Source of the DNA: Tubiluchus corallicola
Taxonomy: Eukaryota > Animalia > Priapulida
Assembly: GCA_030141605.1 (NCBI GenBank)
Contig: JAQGDQ010000149.1
Location: forward strand, 232,102 to 296,101
Direction: 5' to 3'
DNA length: 64,000 nucleotides
The position numbers and the translations under genes were made by a program. Positions 50,847 through 64,000 of the stretch are shown piece after piece. Numbering within the stretch: the first letter of the stretch is position 1; each line of letters begins with the position of its first letter. The notes below the pieces were generated by a model. That model did not search any database, was not told the DNA's origin, and saw only the letters and a program-made list of their open reading frames with translations.

Positions 50847-53800
50847 TTGCTGACCTGTTTAAGCATCGGTGATTTAACGAGTTTTAACAGTTTTGCAGCA
50901 TTTTAACTAGGAGCAAAATTATTAGCTCAAATTTACCCTAATGAACATTCCGGATACCTAACGGAATCTGATGCTAACCTGAATTTGGTAAGTCTCTTCC
51001 GAAGTCGACTTGCCATGATCGTTGTTAATTAGGTGTTACATATTTTCTCGCAGTAACGAATAGGGCTTGCATATGATGCGTTTGCATGTATAAAAGATTC
51101 AGTGAATCCCTGCTAATACTTCAGAGCACCAAACTTATCTTTAACGGCGTTTTCACAGTTGTATTTTTCTTCTTTTGCTGGCGGATTGTTTGTCCTTGAA
51201 ACTACAAAAACTGCAAACAACTACCGTGTGATGTAGGAGTAATTGTGTTCCTGGCAAAAAGTTAAATTAAGAATATATATATATTTAGGTAATTCTAGTT
51301 GCAAGATTTAAACTGGCATCTGTGTCCTAAAGTGTAAATCTCACGGTTAAATGTTTATTTGTGTTTCAACATTTTAGCTAAACAGAAAGTTCCCAGCTAT
51401 AAATAAACACGTTAATTTTGTTTTGTACATGTCTGGCCCTTCCTGTATCCCTGCAGCTTCCAAAAGACAAACAAACAAAATGTTATTCAAGTTGAAGCAA
51501 CCGGATAGGCTGTGTATTAATATACATTTTAAACGCTCTTCTCTAGTTCCGCTTCCAAACCTTGCCTCTCCACAAGGTTCTCAACCTCATTGTTACTGCA
51601 CTTGAATAGCAATATCAGTTCTGTTGACATTTTGTATACTTATCTCGTTCTCCAATTCCCATTTCATTTATTTCACATTATTTGCGACAAATCGACCCCC
51701 AGTTTTATTTCAAGCTGAATTGCAGAAATCTGTCGTGTTTGCACAAGGAATGTGGACCGCTTTCATTGCTTGCTTATCTCATTCATTGATTTAAACTGTC
51801 AAATTTTTTTCACTGTAAAGGTTATGACGCGTTTATGTGCATTTAAACTAAAAAGCAGGTCAGACTTTAACTGAGTTTTAGATGACACTCTGGTCTCTGC
51901 CTGTCGTTCTGTCATTCTTCTCCAAAGTTGCAACTGCAAATGTTCTTAGGTGCTAACAAAATGGCAGGGCAGTGTGGACAAGTCAAATTAACTTCATATG
52001 CAAGTTGTAGCACTCTTGATCGTTTGGCTTCAGAATACGTTTTGAAAGGGTGACAAGAAGATATTTCTTGTTTTAACTTAGCGTGTGTACTTTCACACAA
52101 AGTTTTAATATTAATGAAAATGACAGTTTGCGTAAAAATCTGTTGTTATCGAAAAAGTGCTTAAAATTTAAGCATTCCAATCATAAAATATATACTCTAT
52201 GTGTATGTACGAATTATCCACGTGACTGTTTTCGCCTCTTGTATGCAAGATAGAAAGGGAGTAACATTATATAACGTAGTAAGTTAATTAATCATTTACT
52301 TTTTACGGCAGCCAACAAGGTACTTTGACATCAAGACTTCAGTAAAACACGTGACTGTCACAGTGCACTTTGTTGTGCACAGTATAAGTGGTCATATTTC
52401 ATTTTTTTCAGTTTTTGAAGTGTAATTTAATATAGGCTGCATCTTTTAATATTAATATGGCTTCCTGTTAACCTGTTAATACCTAATCAGCTTTATTTAC
52501 AATACAGCTTGTCACTGCAGCAATATGACAAGTGTAGTTAGCAAAACAAATTGGTCGTTGAACCATGTAATTGTAAAATGCAATTGTGGACACGTTTTAT
52601 TTGTCTTCATTTATATCCGTATAACCGCCAAGAAAGTATGATATATCATAATTTTCTATATGCTATGGCAGACTCAGTCAATGAAAAATGTAGTTACTTC
52701 AATCTTCAAAATTCGCCTATTCTGTCAGTATAACCCTAGACAACGAGCTTTTTCCACGGTGTGGTCAGACCGTACTGTTGTTTTTGTTGTCATTGCTGTC
52801 GTCCTTGTCATCGCGCAGTTGTTTTCTTTTTCTCTTTGCTTCAGTAGGCACTGCTGTAAAATTGTGCAAAACGAAACAACGGTACACCTATTTTTTTTTT
52901 AAATTTGTGTTGCCAAGAAAAAGAAAAAGATAATAATAAAGACGCTGTGTCTAAGACTACACACATTATTTGTGATTGTTCAGATTTGACAAAATGTTTG
53001 GTAGAAATTTCACCAAACTTTGTTTCGCAATCCTGAAATTTATAGCATCTGATTTGAATGGTTTCTAACAGGCTACCAAATTCGTGGTCAAGTTACATTA
53101 GACAGTCTACGTATGCGCGAATTTCATGGCTATTTTGAATGGCATAAATCTTACGATAGACTAGCTTTTCTTGTTACAATTTTGTTTGCCTTTTGTCGTT
53201 TATAACTTGATCTACATTGGTTTGTTAATTAAAATTGAACTTTACAGCTGCGCCATTTTATGAGAGATGAAAAGAAACTTGGGATTTGTATTGAACTGTA
53301 GTAGCATTAATGCCATGATTGCTGTTTGCAGTTTCTTTTGTTTTGTGTCTATCTTTGGTATTTTGACTTTTTGTCAGGTACTAAGTTAAGCTTAACTTAA
53401 ATGCCACTCAATTACTTTGGGTTAATTCGGTTAATGAAAACTAAATATATACTTGGTAAGTTATTTCTGCAGATTTGCTAAATAGTAATTAATTAAGGCC
53501 AATGGTTTTAGATTACACAATACAGCTGTACTCCTTTGCTTAATTAAACTCAATGAAACATGAAATTTTGTGTGAAGTACTACTACATGACGTATGATGA
53601 TATTTTCATATTTCTTGATCTGCTTTTCACACCCATCGCATGCAGTTATTTATACACAATTTAGAAATGCCCTACTGCCTTTGCTATTTCTCTTGTTAAA
53701 GGAGGACGAATACGTTTCCGAACTTAGCTAAAACATACCTGCTGATTCAGTATCTCATCAGAGACTAAAATTTTCATAATGAATCAGGTTCCAGTTCTGC

Positions 53801-56800
53801 CATTATCTTCACGTGAGTGCCTGACCGCGGCTTTATGAGTACGCTACTGTAATAAAAAATGAGAGCAAAAAATTACTTTTCTTTACTTTTCAGCTTTTTG
53901 TTTTGTTTCAAAACCTCGGGTAATATACAGCGCGACTCGGGAAATTTTGATAAGGCGTTTTAATACGTAAGCTTCTTGAGTATAATTTACCCAAACAATT
54001 TTCTTAAATTCAAAATTTCTACGCTACATTATTTACACTTCCCGTAAGAATATTGATTCAGCAGACGAGTTCTAGGGGAATCATTGTCTGTTATAAAAAC
54101 CGGTGTCATATTGCTAGACAATTTTATTGAAATTGCTTCGGTTTGGAGCGCAATTATTCAGGAGTTACTCCTTATTTAAATACTGCCTCATAAATTTCGC
54201 TAAATTGGGTATATGGTATCTGTAGGCTGAGTTATTCATTGGCTTCTCAATAAATGTCTTGTATGATATTGCTTGGGCGTTTCTCATTATTCAATATTCT
54301 GTATTAATTGCACTTTACGGAACTTGATTTGACCTTGTTGAGAGCCTATAATTAAGTTATAATAACTGGGAGGCTTTTTATTATAAAGTTATTCCAGGTC
54401 GTCTTCGTAAAGGTCAAAGATAACGACCAAAATGGGAATTCTCTCCGTCAAAAAGATAAGATATGCTTTTTAATTAATTAGTTAATAGCAAAATATTTAC
54501 ACCAAGAGAAAAATGTAAATGTTTCTGTGATTGGTTTTGTGATTTGCGTAAAATAGAAATAGAACATTAGACTTGAATTTTGAAATGCAGTTAATTTCCC
54601 GATAGTTATCTTTTGTTGCTGATAAGGTACTACATTTTTGTGTGTTTTTTAAATTGGATACCAGAGCTTATACAGCGAGCGACCCGTTATTAACAGAATC
54701 TAGAGAACTAATAGAAATATTAGGGCCGTAGAATCGGCTTTGAAGTCTTCTTTCTTAAAACGCTAGACCTTGGCAGTTTTATCTTACAGATGTTGACGAC
54801 ATTCTCTAAACATCTTTACATGAGGGCAATGAATCTTATCCATTTATATTTTAACTTTAGTTTTGTTGAGCTCCCAAATTTGCACCGAGACCAACAAAAA
54901 TGTTATTATTTTGCTGTGATATTCGGATTCATTCTGAAGTTTGTATTAGTAATATTAGCATGTAATAAAACGATTTTTTCACATTTGGGATAATATATAG
55001 GGCCTAAGTTATAATCCTGTGCGTTTGTAACCGTGAAATCGTGAACATTATTCAGGCTGGTGTGTGTGGTTGCGTATTTTTATTTGGCTTCTCTTCTCTG
55101 TGCGAATTTCTGTGTTCATGCAGTTGTCCCAGTTATTCTTCCTTTGCTCTGTCAAGTGAAATTAGCCTCAGTTCAGTATACAGCATGTAGGGCTTAATGA
55201 ACGCTTCAGCCAAGCAAATATAAAATACTGTAACAGTTGGACAATAATCCTAAACACGATATGCGCCTTACATGGTTACTTCTTGAAGTTATTAAATTTG
55301 GTGTGGGTGTTGTGAAAAGATTGCATTCATTAATAATGTTAGCGCTAAATAAGCTGCAAATTTATTTAAGTTTGTTCGGATCAATTAGATTATAACAGTT
55401 AGTAACCTTTATAATGTCAGTTACTGTTCACACTTTACATTGCCCAGTGCAATACTAAATGCTAACAGTTAGCTTATTTTTTTCAGCCTTTGACTTCGTT
55501 TTACAAAGTTGTTCTTGCAAATATCTTCTAGTTATTTAAATTTTACGTGGGATTTAGTTAAATCAACTCTGATGTCTTGTTATCCACACACATGACATTT
55601 GGTTAATGTAGAAACGTTTTAATTCAGATGAATTTTTATTCCCCTTTTTACATAGGATTCTTGTAAATTTGGTTAAATTCTCTGGTTTGGATAAGCGTTT
55701 CTTGAATGAGTTTCAAACCCACCCATACCTGGCATTAATGTATTCCATAATTCTGTAACATTTACTATGCCCTAAACAGCAGCTTCGGCAAATAGCTTAA
55801 TATAAAGCCCGCATAATTTGCCTAATGCAATACAGTCTGGCGCTAATTTGCCATTTATATTGCTTTTATGGGGAAGTAATGGCAAATGGGAACGATATAA
55901 TCTCAGCATCTAAGGGCAGTGTCTTTTGTATTTAGGGTAATAAAACTGAGAACGAGCCAAAACCAGCCTTTTTGAGCATTTAGAATTAAAAAACTAAAAA
56001 TTTCTTTTAAAAATTCATAGGCTTTCCTCTCTGAAAGTGCTGCAGTGATTGACTTTGTGACTATGGATTTGTCTTTTCTTTTTGCTAACGAAGATTAAAG
56101 ATATTTTTTAACATTAGTGTCCTTAAATATGACTTGTTTTAAGTAGAATGAGCCACCTAAACAACTGTAATTTTCCCGATTATATAGGCCTACATGTATA
56201 AATATGTATAACTGTATGTACATTATGTAAATAACATGCCTTTTTTATTTTTTGTGCAATATCTACCGGACATTTCTACCACTTTGTCATGAGGTTCACA
56301 TATTATGTTTACTCATAAGCATTATTCATAAATTACACCAATAAATAGCAACGCGGATGCAATTTATTGAAAATAAACGTTTATTCGTTTCGGGAAATTA
56401 ATGCTGACTTCGGTTTATATTGTACGTCATTTGTCGACGCCCACAAACGTGGCTAGTTTGTGAACTCATAATAACATTTTGGGAATCCTATCTAATGTGG
56501 AAATGCGCATCCTGAAAAAGTAGCCGAAAAGTGAGACGACAACTCTTACCATCCAGTGAACACTTGCAAGACTTGCATAAGCAGTGCATAGTATTTGTAC
56601 CTCTCTATCATGCGCAGTATAGCGCTTCGCTATACACTCCGTGATTTAGCAATAATTTTGTCCGTGGCTTCGCTGCACTGATGCTCCTTCTCATTGTGCG
56701 TTATTAACAAAAAGTTCTGTTCCGTGAGTGACCAGAAAACATTCTGAAATGATTACTTTGCGTGCAGAAGTTGCAAATTTATTGCCGTTGTTGCTATTAC

Positions 56801-59800
56801 CGATATCATAGAGGACATATAGTGAGCAATTTTGTACGAAAGGGGTGAGTTTATGTAGTTTCATATGATAGGGAAAAATCAACGAATTTCAAAACACATT
56901 TAAAAGTTCACGAAATAGTCAACAAGCAATACCTTCATATTTGTTCAAAATGTAAGGTATGATTTTTTAATATAAAAAATTTTTGACCTCAGAGACATAT
57001 CATGATCTCAGCATCTATTTAGAAAAAATACCTATTGCATGTGTTAAGCTTAATCACTACGCGACGTAATTTCTATTCAGTAAATTAGTGATATGTAGAT
57101 TGCTAGTTTTATGCCTAATTTTTATAACATTTAAATGTAATTTCTGGTTTATCTGCCTGTCTGGTGTTAGCGAGCAAAACTGGCGTTTTTGACATTGCTA
57201 CAATTACCGTTCGTAATACGGGGATAGTTTTAGGCTTTTTTTAGTAATAGCTACTCAAGTAACTGTTCTGCTGGGATTAATCTGGTAATTTTGTGAGTAA
57301 ATAGGAAATAAGGCCGAAAAGGGCATTTTCTGTTTCATATGCTAGCTAGTACGTCAGTGCATAGTTCTAAATGCATGTTTACTAACTTGCTAAAGGCTAC
57401 CTACAAGCTTGCGCATAGTTACCGAGTAGTCATTAGTAGTAATATAGATATTAGGTAACCAAGTGACAGGTCGGGCGTTAATCAGATCAATAAATCTGGG
57501 GCCGGGTCACACGAAACTGACCTGCTTCCGTCTTCGCTCAGGTCAAAGTTTGCTAAACTAGCAGAGCACCGTAAACACAATTCATTTATAAACAGTTTTC
57601 AAAATTGCACATTGCAAATTTTTCTGTTGACATAGTACGTCATAATAATGATTATCCGACCCATAGACGTGTCTATCTGTCTTTGTTTTTTGCACTAGAA
57701 GTGTTAATTTCGGCTATAATTGACTGTCCTATCATCGTTCTGCTGTCAGCAGTTATTTTAAGCCAAGACAATAGATTGCAATGGCTTCTCCGGGGGTAAT
57801 TTGAGCAGTGTTTGAAGATTGTAATTTTGTCCGTCGATAAAGCATTCCAACAATATCTCATGCAGCTAAAAGTAGCATGTTTGTTTTCCTGTTTAAACAA
57901 AACTAACGTAAAGGCAAATGAACGCGTCTCTAGCCACCCCTGCCTAGCCGGGCTTCATTTTTGTGCAGAGAAGCTAAGGCTGTGACACCATATAATCACC
58001 AGCTTGATGTTACGGCAATAATTAAAGGAAATGGCTTCTGATGCTACAGCATTTCCGACACAAGCCCATATTTCTTTATTAATATGATCAGCTGTTACAG
58101 CGTGACATTGGCCAGGCATTCTTATTTTGACACTGATTGCGTAGATGTAGAGAAGTGCAGCTGTACTTGATGTTGTTGTAGTGTACCGTCAAAAAAACTT
58201 GTTTTCATCTTTTTTCAACCAGTTGATTTTTACGGTGTAAAAGTGTGTTATAAGGGTTTGCATTTTTGTGGGTGCATTTTATGCTGACCTGCTATAGTGA
58301 AATTTTCACGTACGCTTGCAAATATTTGTCTTTAATTAATCGATGATGAAGGTTTACAACACATATAATAGCAAAATCAATCATGTTGAAGGTTATAATA
58401 CCGTTGAGATTTGAGATTGATTTCCGTGTGATTAGGCTAGCGGTCACGTATCAACCGTTGAAGTATTCACTGATTATTTTGTGGCGTTGTCTTTCTGACC
58501 AGTCTCCGTTAAAATAAATCAGACAAATGAAATAAATACAGTCAATTCAAGTGCCATATTTCAAGTCCTCCCAAAAGTGTATCTTCATTTTCACCTTCTT
58601 GTTCTTATAACTTTTTTATTATTTTTTATAATTCTTTTTTGCTCTGTTTCTCCTTTGTGCTTTTGCTGTTTCTTTACCCTTTGCTTTTTTCCTTTCTTTT
58701 AGATTTTTTTAGTTAAGCTCTTTATTCATTCGCTTTGCAAGAAGTAGATAGCTCATATATATATATATATTTGTCATGCATAGAGAAATAAAAAAAGCGT
58801 TTTATTTTTTAGCTTTTTTGGTCTAATTGATAGGTATAAAGCAATTACCAAATTCCTTTAAAAGTCTGAACTAAAAATAAGCAGTACATATAAACTAGTA
58901 TTGTTACTAAAATGTAATAATTTGTGTAACATTTTAAATAGTTCTCGTATCAGTTAATTAGAGGCTATGTTTTGTTTTTTCTTAAGTACATAAAATTATA
59001 TTGAACTGTTAATGTAGTTGTGGAAAAAGATTTAAGAAAAACTTCTTCCGCATTGTTAACTGTATAAATTATTAACTGTAATAGTGTTCATGAATCCTAG
59101 TTTATGTATTACTAAGTTGATATTTTAAATATCCGTATAAACTAAGTGAAAGCTGAGAGCATATATATCTAAAAAATCATTTATTTACTGCATTGCCAGT
59201 TAATGAATTGAAATTAAATTCTAGACATGGTAAATTAGTATGCAAGTTGTCACCAAGCGTTTCCTAATCCATGCAGGCAGGCTGCGGCAGTCTTCCTTGG
59301 TACATGGTTTGCTTGCATGGTAGTCTTCGACTGTACAATTTTGGGGTAAAAATGGCGAAGCTAGCGAGTTCGGCGTCTCGGCGGGTTTTTCTTGATGATT
59401 AACCTAGTTTTCTGCATTAAGAAGTCTTTACTGTAATGTGGTGCTATATCCCGTATACAGAATTGTATGTAATAGAAATGTATGCTGGTTGGATAATAGT
59501 TGGTGCAAGCCCCTTCACATGATATAACAGGGTGTGTATGTATATAGGCCTTACAATGTTCTAGTTTCTGCAGACTAGAGTGACTGTTGAAAATGTGGAA
59601 CTCAAGTAACCTCTATTAAGTTAATACTGACTACAGCTGTTTTACTATTTGGAGCGAACCCAAGAAACGGTATCTAGACTTTCAAAACTTTCAATAAAAA
59701 CGCCCACTGACTGTAGGAAAAAACCAAAGAAGCCGGAAAGAATTCGTGCAAGCAAAACATTACTTATACGGGGGAAGAGTGCTATTGATGTTAACTGCAT

Positions 59801-60737
59801 TTTCGTTTGTTTTATGCTGTTGCTCATTTAATTTGACAACGGCTTCCCACGTGTATTTTACTAAAATATATAGTTCTTTACACCCGATTACTTAGTCTAT
59901 AGAAAACTTCTCACATTCCCCTTTGTTGACACGCAACCTGAACTGGATCACATAGTGGTTTTTAAAAAAAATTGGCATGCTCAGTTGAAACGACAATCTT
60001 GTGCAGTTTAAATATTGCCCACGACTTAATCCGTTTGCAGCCGTTCCGGGTTTTATGCAACAAGCATACAAAAGGGGCAGCATGCAGGACTATATATAAA
60101 AGACGACCTAATTCTTTCTAATGGGTGACAAGCTGCACATCACCAGTTCAATATTGCAGAGTCCAATTCTGTGCAAAACATTTACTGACTTCCACGCACG
60201 CAAATCAATAATCATGTGAAAAGCGCTAGTTTTCCATAAAGAATAAAGTTGCACGAATAAACATGATTTATTTGCATTGTTATTTATGGCTCCACGGTGG
60301 TTGTTGATATTCACTTAATTTGGCAATGGCTTTAATTAAAATTAGTTGATTGACAGTACAGTGAGTAGTACCTGCGTGTTACTGCATTGAAGTGCGAAGA
60401 ATTTAACTTTAATTTTCAGGTTTCACGCGACTTAATTTTTGTGTGGCATGTAAACGTGGATGGTGTCCAGTGAGAACCACTTCTCAGTTTTAAGGCTTCG
60501 TTTATAACTCTGTCAATTATTAATCCACTCATTAGGCCTACATCCAAGCCTCTAATGCAGGCGCATATTTTGGAAGGCCGTAGTTTTCGTGCTTTTGTCC
60601 ACACGTCCACTTGAGAGCGGTCCATTGGTTGTACGTATAGTATCTTGTCATGCTTAAAACAAGGGTGAAATAAAAGCTATGTCAGTAAACGAGTGTTTTT
60701 CCACTAAGAAACATCTTCTGGCTGGTTTCATCTACAA

Positions 60738-60776
60738 ATGACCATTTGCTTCTTTAATAAGCAATATACGAGCTAT
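60738..60776 (+). CDS. Candidate first exon of a short LIM-only isoform (MTICFFNKQYTSY)
   Basis: acaaATG context; TAT|gtgagt donor in phase 0, same phase as the exon E donor; ATTGG at 60624 and TCAGT at 60682. Confidence 0.4.
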
Positions 60777-62716
60777 GTGAGTGTAAGAGTTCAGCAAGTG
60801 CCTGTGGTGTATTAAAAAGAGTGATCATTTTTAAATAACTGTCTGTAGTGTGTTGTAAGAATTTATAAGGATTCGGTGAACTGTACAAATAAAAAAACAG
60901 TATATTCTTAAACAGGGTCAAAGTGGACAGCCTAACAACAGCGTGTTCTTCTTCTTTCCGGGAAATGTGGGATATTAGCTTGAAATCTTAGAAACAAATG
61001 AATTTTGCTCTTTACTGCATGCGTTTTACTGCTTACATAAAGTAGCAGCAATGAAGCAAATTTCTATTGCGGTACATTCAATGATCGAAGTTGAAACTAT
61101 ATTTTGTTCTTTCTCTCTTATACGTGTCATTATCAAACTCTGTCTTTGTGCACTGTGCAGTGCTCCGTGATTACAGCCGCGACTAAACAACCCACCATTT
61201 CCAGTCTAATATCGCCTCTTTTCATTACTCCTATCAGTAATGCCGTCTAATCCCTACAATAATCCACATAATAACAGTATCCCTGCCTGCTTACAGCTAA
61301 TATATCTCTACCTCTACTTTGCGAAGAGGGCTTCAGTTAACAATGGCGCAGAGCATCGATCAGTTTCTTCAGGTCATTCTACTTGATCAAAAGTCTATTG
61401 CTGGAGGGCGATTCTCAACTACTCAATTGCCGTCTTTCCTTTCGAGTTGCTTCCTCAATGATTAATATGGCCAACCGGAAGTTGTCAAGTTGGCAGAAAG
61501 AACATAAACTCGTAGAAATAATGAAGTTGCAACTTACTGGGTTACGTGACACAACTCACTAAAGCACATGGTGATGAACGGTTTCATGAATATACCCTGC
61601 CGGCTTCACAAGGACAGACAAGCAAAAATCAACATGAGAGCACATTTGAATGAACTCGATTGATGTGCCAACCCCATTCATTGCTGCAGTCTACCATTAC
61701 TCTCCAATAGCTACTTTTCATTGAATTCGATTCTCCCGTTGTTTGTTAATCAGACAGTGGCGACAATCTCCAGACTTTGTAGATGATGCTGACCATGCAG
61801 CAGTGAAAATACTAGTACTTGACGTGGTGCCGATGGTGGAAAAAACTTAAAACAACAAACTTTTAAACACTTTATTTTAAACAGTTTACTTTACTAGACT
61901 TAAAGCTACAATGCGATTTTTGAATAACTTTATGCCTAAATTTTGTGGAAAGCAGATATAGCAGTTAATTCTTATTATAACAAAAAACTTTTAATTAGTG
62001 TTGCCAACGAAACGTCTGCTCACTATTACTTTCTTGCTTTTATACGTGTCAGTGCGGTTACTGTTATTGCTGTTCACTGCTCAGAATTGAAGCTCATGTG
62101 AACTGCCTAAAGCTTGCAGGAATTACTTGGTAATCCTTCGGTGTTCTTTGACTTTGACGCTGTTTGTTGTGCAGACACTACGCTAGCAGCCTTGGAATGC
62201 CGCTGATGCATGTACAGGAAGTATTGAAGTTACTGGTGATAGTTTCGTCAGCTTGTCTCATTAAAACTAGCCCGTCACTATTTATACACTCATCTTACAC
62301 AAGCTATTTATGTCCCGTGAAGCATTCATGAGATTAAGAAAAACTTGCCCTTGTCTCAACTTTATACACAAAATGCGATGTTGTCTTTTAAATTAAACTT
62401 GATAAAGGACATAATGACCCGAAGGCTATTATTATAGGCTCAACATTAACCATTTATCCTTATTAATTTATTTAATTTAGTGTTAGTAATTAATTTAGAA
62501 GTTGATTAGGAACAGAATTTGGTTTTGGATATTAAAAGAGTGTGCGATTTGGTAGTTAAGACATTGGAATTGTAAGGCAAGATTTTGACCCAGTTCAAAT
62601 TGGTGCAGTGTCATTTCTAATATTTTTGTAGTTGTTCGGAAAAGTTTCACTTTAAGAATTTAATAAGCGTGAGCCGTCAGTAATTAATAACAGCAATAAA
62701 ATGTTTTTATTTTGAA

Positions 62717-62718
<2 letters not shown>

Positions 62719-62795
<77 letters not shown>
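62719..62795. repeat. (AT)38 perfect microsatellite
   Basis: Direct reading. Confidence 0.97.
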
Positions 62796-62798
<3 letters not shown>

Positions 62799-63799
62799 GA
62801 CCTAATTAAATAATTGTGACAAATGAAGCTATTATACAGAGCTCTCGTATTCTAGAATGCTTTATTCCTCCAGACAAAATGATTATGCATGCAGTCAATT
62901 ACAAAATTCACACGGAATGCAATTCAGCTTCTTCAAGGCGCTGCAAGACAAAATTTCATGTTTGTGTTTCTACCAAACTATCGAGTTAATTAACTGTCGT
63001 ATGTATCGATTGTCTCCCTGAATTAACTCATTAGCTTGGTTGAATAATTACTAAATACTGTTTAGAGAAGATTCTTGCCATGCAGCATATAGTTTTTTCC
63101 AAGTAGAAAGGCTTTTTTCTTTCATTTTCTAGGAGAGATTCGGAACTCATATCATCACAGTGTTAAACATCTCTAGTTTTTGATAGATGAAAAACGTTCT
63201 TGTCTAGCATATGATAAAAACGCTGTAAAAATAAGTTCAAATTATATTATTGTCCTGCATAAGGAAAAAGCTTCAAGTTTGTATCCGCAAGTCGCTGTTT
63301 TTAAAATGTATTATCTCGTGGAAACGAAAGAAAGTCGCTTTTGCGAGGCATTGGCTACCTTGGTGGCAAATTAACTAATACTCGCGGAGAAACGATTTAA
63401 AAATATTTTCATAGTTTTCATTTTAGGGATAGAGGCTTATGAGTATACGGTTCAAAATCTAAGCTTTTGATAAAGTGTTTGTCAGAGTGTAAAACATCAG
63501 CCAAAAAGTTTGCGATCAGGCGAGTTAAACCCTGATCAATGGATGTGTAATCGAGGTATTTCACGGCTTCTGATCAGAACACCTCTCTAGGAAAAGGGCT
63601 TTAGTTATAGATTATGGCTTTTCATTTTCATCTTGGTGACGTTTTGAGCAATATTCAAATAGATAAATGTCGCCGCTGCCGTAGTCATCGTCATCATCAT
63701 TATTAATGATTTTCTCGCAGAGACTTAAAGTGGAGCTGTGTATGCAGAGCTTTGTGGCATTCTGGAACTGAAGGCGCAGTTGATTTTAAAATGTAACTT

Positions 63800-63870
63800 T
63801 TGGTGATGGTAGCGATGATGGTAATGGTGATGTTAATAGCGATGATGATGGCGATGATGATGATAACTTT
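63800..63870. repeat. (GAT/GGT)n degenerate trinucleotide repeat
   Basis: Direct reading. Confidence 0.8.
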
Positions 63871-64000
63871 GACGAGGATAAACTTCTATCAAAACGTCCA
63901 GTTATTGGACTGAACTGGATATAGGCCTAATCGATAGTTGCGATTTTTATTGCTAATTTTCTCCTCCTCATGTTGCGCTTAATCATGGGAAAATTACAAT

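Noticed and set aside
56617-56635. gtatagcg-ctt-cgctatac hairpin as a Helitron end or terminator
   Set aside because: No nearby CTAG terminus or T-run; too short to interpret
63721-63800. Acceptor-like site followed by WHSG as the next LIM2 exon
   Set aside because: No Cys/His LIM spacing and a stop follows
1-64000. CRISPR arrays, rRNA, intact tRNA genes, intact transposases or viral genes
   Set aside because: No regularly spaced repeat-spacer array, no long intact ORF and no full cloverleaf seen

Overview
AT-rich animal (invertebrate-looking) genomic DNA with no prokaryotic features. The window is dominated by one large, intron-rich + strand gene of the PET-LIM family. Five GT-AG exons (24106-24191, 42509-42689, 46079-46149, 46947-47109, 47652-47867) splice into one open 239-codon frame: Cys-rich N-terminal module, PET domain, LIM1 and the start of LIM2. 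The sequence fits LIMPETin (Limpet/lim-9) best, with Testin/Prickle3 as relatives. The remaining LIM exons were not found and are probably beyond base 64000. The most interesting unannotated signal is a series of short ATG-to-donor mini-exons whose phases match the next core exon, plus a separate two-exon coding chain inside an intron. Together they suggest many alternative N-termini and a PET-skipping isoform route; this is inference, and some hits are expected by chance. The introns hold two decayed LINEs, PIF/Harbinger relics (a TIR element, a Myb/SANT pseudogene, an inverted MITE pair), a pogo/Tc2-type MITE, tRNA-like SINE relics, a Penelope-like hammerhead palindrome, a telomere-like tract and microsatellites. 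Most ORFs in the supplied track are spurious.
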